From contig JAEHCO010000001.1 in NCBI GenBank assembly GCA_020697715.1, positions 682,149 to 746,148 of the forward strand: 64,000 nt of DNA. Reading direction: 5' to 3'. Positions within the stretch are counted from its first letter, which is position 1; every line of letters begins with the position of its first letter. The stretch is from Methanobacteriota archaeon. Its GTDB lineage: Archaea; Thermoplasmatota; Thermoplasmata; SG8-5; JAGLSY01. Position numbers and translations under genes: made by a program. The notes under the pieces are model-generated. The model was not told the origin of the DNA and did no database searches. It was given only the letters and a program-made list of their open reading frames with translations. Below are positions 59,329 through 64,000 of the stretch, piece by piece.

Positions 59329-59877
59329 ATGTGCGGATTGGAAATAAGAAGAATTCCCAATAAAGAGCTGGCTGATAGGACCACGGTCTTTTCATATGAA
59401 TCCGATCATCATTATCGAGTCATCATTTATGAAAGAAATGATGGTGATGGCTGGTCGATAGATCTGAAGCGTGAGCGATTTCCCCAGACCTTTGTGAAAA
59501 ATGATTCCAGTGATAAGCTGGTGCATGATTTCAAGGGCGATTCGGAGATATATCTTGCTTATGTTGATGGCGAGGAAGCCGGGCAATTACAGATAGAATT
59601 TCAGGATTATAATAAGAGCATGAGGGTGTGGGATATAGACATCTGGTCGGATTTCCAGAGAAAAGGAATAGGAAAAGCTCTCATGGATCTATGCAAGAAA
59701 AGAGCGAATGATCAGAATGCCAGGCGCATTGTTCTGGAGGTTCAATCATCCAATTCAAAGGCCATAGATTTCTACAAGGCCATGGGATTCAAGCTCATTG
59801 GATTTGACGGCAGCCATTACAATAATGATGACATGACGAGAGGAGAAGTTCGATTGGAAATGGCGATACACCTGTAA
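59329..59877 (+). CDS. GNAT acetyltransferase (streptothricin acetyltransferase-like)
   Basis: FQRKGIGKALM, LEVQSSNSKAIDFYKAMGF..GFD..Y. Confidence 0.87.
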   Translation: MCGLEIRRIPNKELADRTTVFSYESDHHYRVIIYERNDGDGWSIDLKRERFPQTFVKNDSSDKLVHDFKGDSEIYLAYVDGEEAGQLQIEFQDYNKSMRVWDIDIWSDFQRKGIGKALMDLCKKRANDQNARRIVLEVQSSNSKAIDFYKAMGFKLIGFDGSHYNNDDMTRGEVRLEMAIHL

Positions 59878-59890
59878 AGCGATCTATTTC

Positions 59891-60985
59891 CTATAATCTC
59901 ATCTCATCTATGTCCAGTATCTTCGCAACTATGGGAGAATAGACATGGTCCTTTATCATATCCAGTTCCGAGAGCGAGAATAATAATCTCTTGGGTTCTT
60001 TTACAAATATATTTTCATATTTATAGACCTCGGCAAACCGATTTATGCTTCGCCGATAAGTATTGAAATCCTCATACACGGTCATGGCAACGACATCTGA
60101 ACTTCCCACGATAAATGATATGGGGGGCTGGATACCCATCAATGCCTGGAGGATTATGGCTCGCTGATCGCCCTGCACCTTGAGATTGATCTTGGCATGA
60201 TCGAAGACCATCATTTTGAAGCCCAGCTTGGATAGATTGGGAATGATGACAGTCCTGAACATCCCCTGCGTTTCGAATTGCTTTCTCAGTTTGGTTATCG
60301 TGCGCTGAGATATCTTGATCTTATCAGATAGCTCAGTATCTGTCATTTCGGGATTTTTTATCAGACCATAAAAGACATGCTTGCTGGTCTGGCTCATATT
60401 TACAGAATGGTTATCAAATGGATATGGCAGACCACCTGATCTACCTCCTTTTTCATTAAGCTCGCTGGTCTCTTCTGTTATTCCAAAGCTGTGAGCCAGT
60501 AAGGGGGCGAAATCAAAGAAATAAGGAATATAGGTCAACTTAAAAGGGAATACCAAAAGCTCGATTCCCCCCTCATCTAAAAATCCCTGTTCCGTATGAT
60601 GCTTCTCAAGTTCTGATATATTGGACCTGACATCAGTATAATTGCTTGAAAAATGAAAAGCTATTGACTGGACATACTCATTAACGGCCCAGAACACTTC
60701 CTTGTGGTCTGATGCAAATCTTTTGCCAGTCTTCAATCTCAGCTCAAGCGGGGCAGTAGCCTTATAAACTGAATAATTAACAGCCAGCATCTCCGCTCCA
60801 AGGAATTGAAGGCATGGTATCCTGGTAGTATAGAACATTCCATTTCTTTTCAGGCGGCGCCGTATAGCCGTTATTGTTGAAAGTTTGATGTCAGTACTCT
60901 GAGAAATGTTCTTATCCGTATGTGTAGGATTCTTAACAATTTCGTAGAATACTTGCTTTTCTCTTTCAGAAAGTGGTTTCTTCAT
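59891..60985 (-). CDS. tandem-duplicated Lrp/AsnC-like wHTH regulator
   Basis: two repeats: VFYEIVKNP..TD..IS..STIT.IRRRL and VFYGLIKNP..TD.ELS..RTIT.LRKQF, each followed by P.L..LG. Confidence 0.75.
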   Translation of the reverse strand: MKKPLSEREKQVFYEIVKNPTHTDKNISQSTDIKLSTITAIRRRLKRNGMFYTTRIPCLQFLGAEMLAVNYSVYKATAPLELRLKTGKRFASDHKEVFWAVNEYVQSIAFHFSSNYTDVRSNISELEKHHTEQGFLDEGGIELLVFPFKLTYIPYFFDFAPLLAHSFGITEETSELNEKGGRSGGLPYPFDNHSVNMSQTSKHVFYGLIKNPEMTDTELSDKIKISQRTITKLRKQFETQGMFRTVIIPNLSKLGFKMMVFDHAKINLKVQGDQRAIILQALMGIQPPISFIVGSSDVVAMTVYEDFNTYRRSINRFAEVYKYENIFVKEPKRLLFSLSELDMIKDHVYSPIVAKILDIDEMRL

Positions 60986-61190
60986 AAGGGATAATATGCC
61001 ACTAAACATAAAAACCTTATGTTCATATCCGCATAATAATACGATAAAGAGAATTATATCGCAATAAAATGCTTTTTAAAGTAAAATAATTAGTTAATTT
61101 ATATGAATACAGGAATATTTATATACTAATTCAAATATCGGCATTTCTATATCATCTGCAAAAGATGAGAAATAGAAAAAAGGGATATAT

Positions 61191-61643
61191 ATGAATGGAA
61201 GAGGAGTAATTGTACTCGGCATCATCTTCATGGTCATCATGACCTCGGGAGTAGCCAGTGCTGCAAAAGAAATGACGCTCGAAACTGACAAGAGCGCGTA
61301 CAATGAAGGCGAAGTAGTTATCATCACTGTTACAAACAACATGGATGAGGTGCAAATAATGCCATATGGATACTGGGTGGAAGATCAGGCTGGAGAAATG
61401 ATCTACACACCTGACATTCTTGCCTACACACCACCAATGGCACCAGGTGACAGCTTCGTATATACATGGAAACAGATCTGCATGGATGGAAGCATGGTAT
61501 CTCCTGGAGATTATACCATACACACATCATGGGGCGGATCCGCACTCATTAAGATCTTCGACACAACGACCAGTGACACCCCAGGTCATGGAAAGGTTTC
61601 CATAGACAAGCCAAGGCCAATAAAGAACACGATATTTGCCTAA
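61191..61643 (+). CDS. secreted Ig-like protein (BsuPI/intracellular proteinase inhibitor-like)
   Basis: signal peptide, TDKSAYNEGE.V.ITVTN, PGDSFVYTWKQ...G..VSPGDYTI. Confidence 0.7.
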   Translation: MNGRGVIVLGIIFMVIMTSGVASAAKEMTLETDKSAYNEGEVVIITVTNNMDEVQIMPYGYWVEDQAGEMIYTPDILAYTPPMAPGDSFVYTWKQICMDGSMVSPGDYTIHTSWGGSALIKIFDTTTSDTPGHGKVSIDKPRPIKNTIFA

Positions 61644-61658
61644 TTATATCACAATTAA

Positions 61659-61714
61659 GGTGCGCCTGGTTGCCCACAAATTTCCCAGGCGCATCGTCTT
61701 TCTTTTTTCTTTTA
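61659..61714 (+). terminator. hairpin plus U tract
   Basis: GGTGCGCCTGG...CCAGGCGCATC then TCTTTCTTTTTTCTTTT. Confidence 0.7.
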
Positions 61715-61771
61715 ATTACCATTTTATTTCAATAGAATAAGATTTTATCAATTGTCGTATTGCACTATGAT

Positions 61772-62731
61772 ATGGATATCCCTAGCATCCAGGACATTGA
61801 AGAATCTCACCAGCGCATCCAGCCCCACATTAGGCGGACACCCGTCAAATCATCGGATGTCATCGACAAGGAACTTGGAGCAAGCCTTTTCTTCAAGTGC
61901 GAGAACCTCCAGGTATGCGGGGTGTTCAAGCCCCGAGGAGCTTCCAATGCCGTATTCTCACTGAGCGCGGAGGAAGCGATGAATGGAGTGGCGACGCATT
62001 CATCGGGCAACCATGCTCAAGCACTGGCATACGCGGCTAAAAAGAGAGGCATATCGGCTCATATCGTGATGCCCCGGACCGCCCCCAGTATCAAGGTGGA
62101 GGCGGTCAGATCCCATGGCGGTAATATCACATTCTGCGAGCCAAATCAGAAGGCTCGCGAAGACACTTTGGAAAAGATCGTGCAGGAAACACACGCACGA
62201 TTCATCCACCCTTATGATGATCCAGTCATAGTCGCGGGGCAGGCGACATCCGCCCGCGAGCTTATTCAGGACCATCCCGACCTCGACATAATTGTCGGGC
62301 CAGTGGGAGGTGGCGGCTTCATGTCCGGCACCTGTTTGGCAGCGAGGTATTGGTCCCCGAATACAAGGTTGATAGGAGCGGAACCGAAAGGCGCGGACGA
62401 TGCCTTTCGCTCACTAAAGGCCGGCCACATCATACCATCGATAGACCCGGACACGATCGCAGACGGTCTGCTGACATCACTGGGGATTATCAACTTCGAG
62501 ATACTAAGCCAGGATCTTGAGAGAATTATCACGGTCAGCGAGGAGAATATCATCAAGGCGATGAAACTCATATACGACCATCTTGGAATGATGGTCGAGC
62601 CCTCTGGAGCCGCGAGTCTGGCCGCCCTGTTGGAGAATGAGATCGACATCAGGGGAAAGAAGGTGGGTGTGATGGTGTCTGGCGGGAATATCAGCGCTGA
62701 GGGATTTGGGGAATTGACTGCATTGAAGTAA
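61772..62731 (+). CDS. PLP-dependent serine/threonine dehydratase / serine racemase family
   Basis: FKCENLQ..GVFKPRGA, SSGNHAQA, PVGGGG, TIADGL, VEPSGA, SGGN; no ACT domain. Confidence 0.93.
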   Translation: MDIPSIQDIEESHQRIQPHIRRTPVKSSDVIDKELGASLFFKCENLQVCGVFKPRGASNAVFSLSAEEAMNGVATHSSGNHAQALAYAAKKRGISAHIVMPRTAPSIKVEAVRSHGGNITFCEPNQKAREDTLEKIVQETHARFIHPYDDPVIVAGQATSARELIQDHPDLDIIVGPVGGGGFMSGTCLAARYWSPNTRLIGAEPKGADDAFRSLKAGHIIPSIDPDTIADGLLTSLGIINFEILSQDLERIITVSEENIIKAMKLIYDHLGMMVEPSGAASLAALLENEIDIRGKKVGVMVSGGNISAEGFGELTALK

Positions 62732-62752
62732 ATAGAGAATAAGTGGGGTCAT

Positions 62753-62938
62753 GCCCCGTCTAAATCTTAGTATATTCACAGTTGGCGGACGGGGTCTTAT
62801 ATTCAATGTGCCAGTAAGTGACAATCACCAATTGATATTCCGTAAAACCCCGTCTGGATAGCAGTGTTTTATCTGCTTGAGGTCGGGGTTTATTTTTTTA
62901 ATATTCAGAGCGAGCGCGCTCTGAATTAAAAAAATAAA
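62753..62938. repeat. two related CCCCGTCT...CGGGG hairpins plus a 22-bp near-perfect inverted repeat
   Basis: 62753-62795 and 62845-62891 share stems; 62889-62938 is TTTATTTTTTTAA-TA-TTCAGAGCG-AGCG-CGCTCTGAA-TTAAAAAAATAAA. Confidence 0.75.
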
Positions 62939-63125
62939 AAAAAGGGGGGAGGTAATCGTGATGTGTGATTTGGTTTGGTAACCCTTTTTTGACTACCTGT
63001 TCTATTTTGGGTCCCATCCCTGGTAAAAGCGGTTTCACCGCGTTTACCAATTGATTTCGTCGTTGTCGGGGAGTATTCCCCAGGTGCATCCATACCCACA
63101 CTTCTGCAGGTCACCCTCAATTTCC

Positions 63126-63362
63126 CTATAGTTTCAGAAGCTTTTCTTCCAGGGCTACAGCGTTCTCCACGGCCTGTTCAGCCGCCTGGATCTTCTGGAT
63201 CTTGTCTGGAACAAGCTCTATTCGCTCATAGATCATGTCCCTGACCGCTGCCCTTATAGCTTCAGAACGCGATGGGAAATCGTCTGCTCTGACAAGATAA
63301 TCAATAGCCTTCAGATACCGCTTGGGTACCCGGATAGTGATCTTCTCATTGTCGCCTTCCAT
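63126..63362 (-). CDS. ribbon-helix-helix regulator, CdrS-like
   Basis: EKITIRVPKRYLKAIDYLV...DFPSRSEAIRAAVRDMI resembles the haloarchaeal CdrS pattern; start trimmed to MEGDN. Confidence 0.85.
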   Translation of the reverse strand: MEGDNEKITIRVPKRYLKAIDYLVRADDFPSRSEAIRAAVRDMIYERIELVPDKIQKIQAAEQAVENAVALEEKLLKL

Positions 63363-63586
63363 TTTTATCCACTCCGGCGTTGTTTGTACCTCTTTCGCCT
63401 TACGCTTGTCGGACAATCCTATATCCTTTCACTTATATTTAAAGGTTTAGGTTTTAATAAGTTATATAGAAATAACTAGATAATTAATAGCCAGTAATTG
63501 TGCAAATATTAGAATGTTTCAAATAAACAGCATCTAATACCATTTTCATCAAGCTTAAATAATCGTGTGTGATTAGCCATTACAAT

Positions 63587-64000
63587 ATGGCAAATGATGT
63601 ATTTCGCTTAACATACGAACCACCCAATAAACGCAAGATAATGGGCTTCAGCCAGACCGAGTTCAAGGATCTGGGCATCGCGATGTTGGTCCTATCCATT
63701 GCCTTCACCATAGTTTTCAGCGGAGGCATCCAGGATATAGATTGGGTCGCCTTCCCATTGTTCTTCCTTGTGGCGGCGATCGCGGTACTAACTGCTTTTG
63801 TATTTCATGAACTGGCACATAAGTTCGTGGCTCAGAAATACGGCTGCTGGGCGGAGTTCAGATCCTGGCAGGCGGGACTGATGATGGCATTGGTATTCTC
63901 CATGATGGGATTTCTTTTCGCCGCTCCCGGGGCCGTGATGGTCATGGGCAATGTGACAAAAAGCCAGAATGGCAAGATAAGTGCTGCCGGACCAGCGACC
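63587..64000 (+). CDS. site-2 protease / M50 metallopeptidase (runs off the window end)
   Basis: FSQTEFKDL, FVFHELAHKFVAQKYG.WAEF, FLFAAPGAV, GKISAAGP; not in the ORF track. Confidence 0.92.
   Translation, partial: MANDVFRLTYEPPNKRKIMGFSQTEFKDLGIAMLVLSIAFTIVFSGGIQDIDWVAFPLFFLVAAIAVLTAFVFHELAHKFVAQKYGCWAEFRSWQAGLMMALVFSMMGFLFAAPGAVMVMGNVTKSQNGKISAAGPAT

Noticed and set aside
62753-62891. Repeated hairpins considered as a mini-CRISPR or integron attC array
   Set aside because: Only two copies, the shared part is the stem only, there are no RYYYAAC/GTTRRRY boxes, and no cas or integrase gene is nearby.
62898-63120. Two short minus-strand ORFs (67 and 64 aa) downstream of the RHH gene
   Set aside because: They run through hairpins and homopolymer tracts, have low-complexity ends and show no protein-like motifs. 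The region is better explained as structured non-coding sequence.
1-64000. Inteins, introns, tRNA/rRNA genes, in-frame Pyl/Sec recoding, transposases
   Set aside because: RadA, CDC48, PurL and TgtA have normal lengths. I saw no cloverleaf or rRNA-like segments, no split conserved ORFs and no DDE or tyrosine recombinase motifs by eye.

Overview
Archaeal chromosomal window. The gene content and sequence style point to an uncultured Thermoplasmata lineage related to the Methanomassiliicoccales (inferred from eS19/eL39/eL31/aIF6, radA, tgtA, RaSEA, Pcc1, Nre, rpe and TATA-box or leaderless starts). Most of it is housekeeping: acetyl-CoA synthetase, CDC48, tRNA maturation and modification (CCA, TgtA, TrmI, Trm5, RaSEA, Pcc1), a ribosomal operon, purS/purL, radA and dph5. 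It also holds two ABC systems, an acidic S-layer-like protein and a variable region (about 50-64 kb) rich in GNATs and hypotheticals. I saw no tRNA, rRNA, CRISPR array, integrase or transposase. The most interesting signals are: (i) two radical-SAM DNA-repair or modification modules (NreA plus SPL-like rSAM, and a TIGR03916-type rSAM plus DUF4130) in which three of the four proteins carry C-terminal PCNA (PIP)-like motifs; (ii) a CdrS-like RHH regulator with a palindromic operator, no downstream ftsZ, and a highly structured 3' region followed by a hairpin-repeat tract; (iii) structured 5' leaders on acs and the rps19e operon; (iv) a PadR operator array; (v) a low-GC transglutaminase-like insert and an orphan PD-(D/E)XK-like gene. 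All family calls come from motif recognition by eye; no database searches were run.
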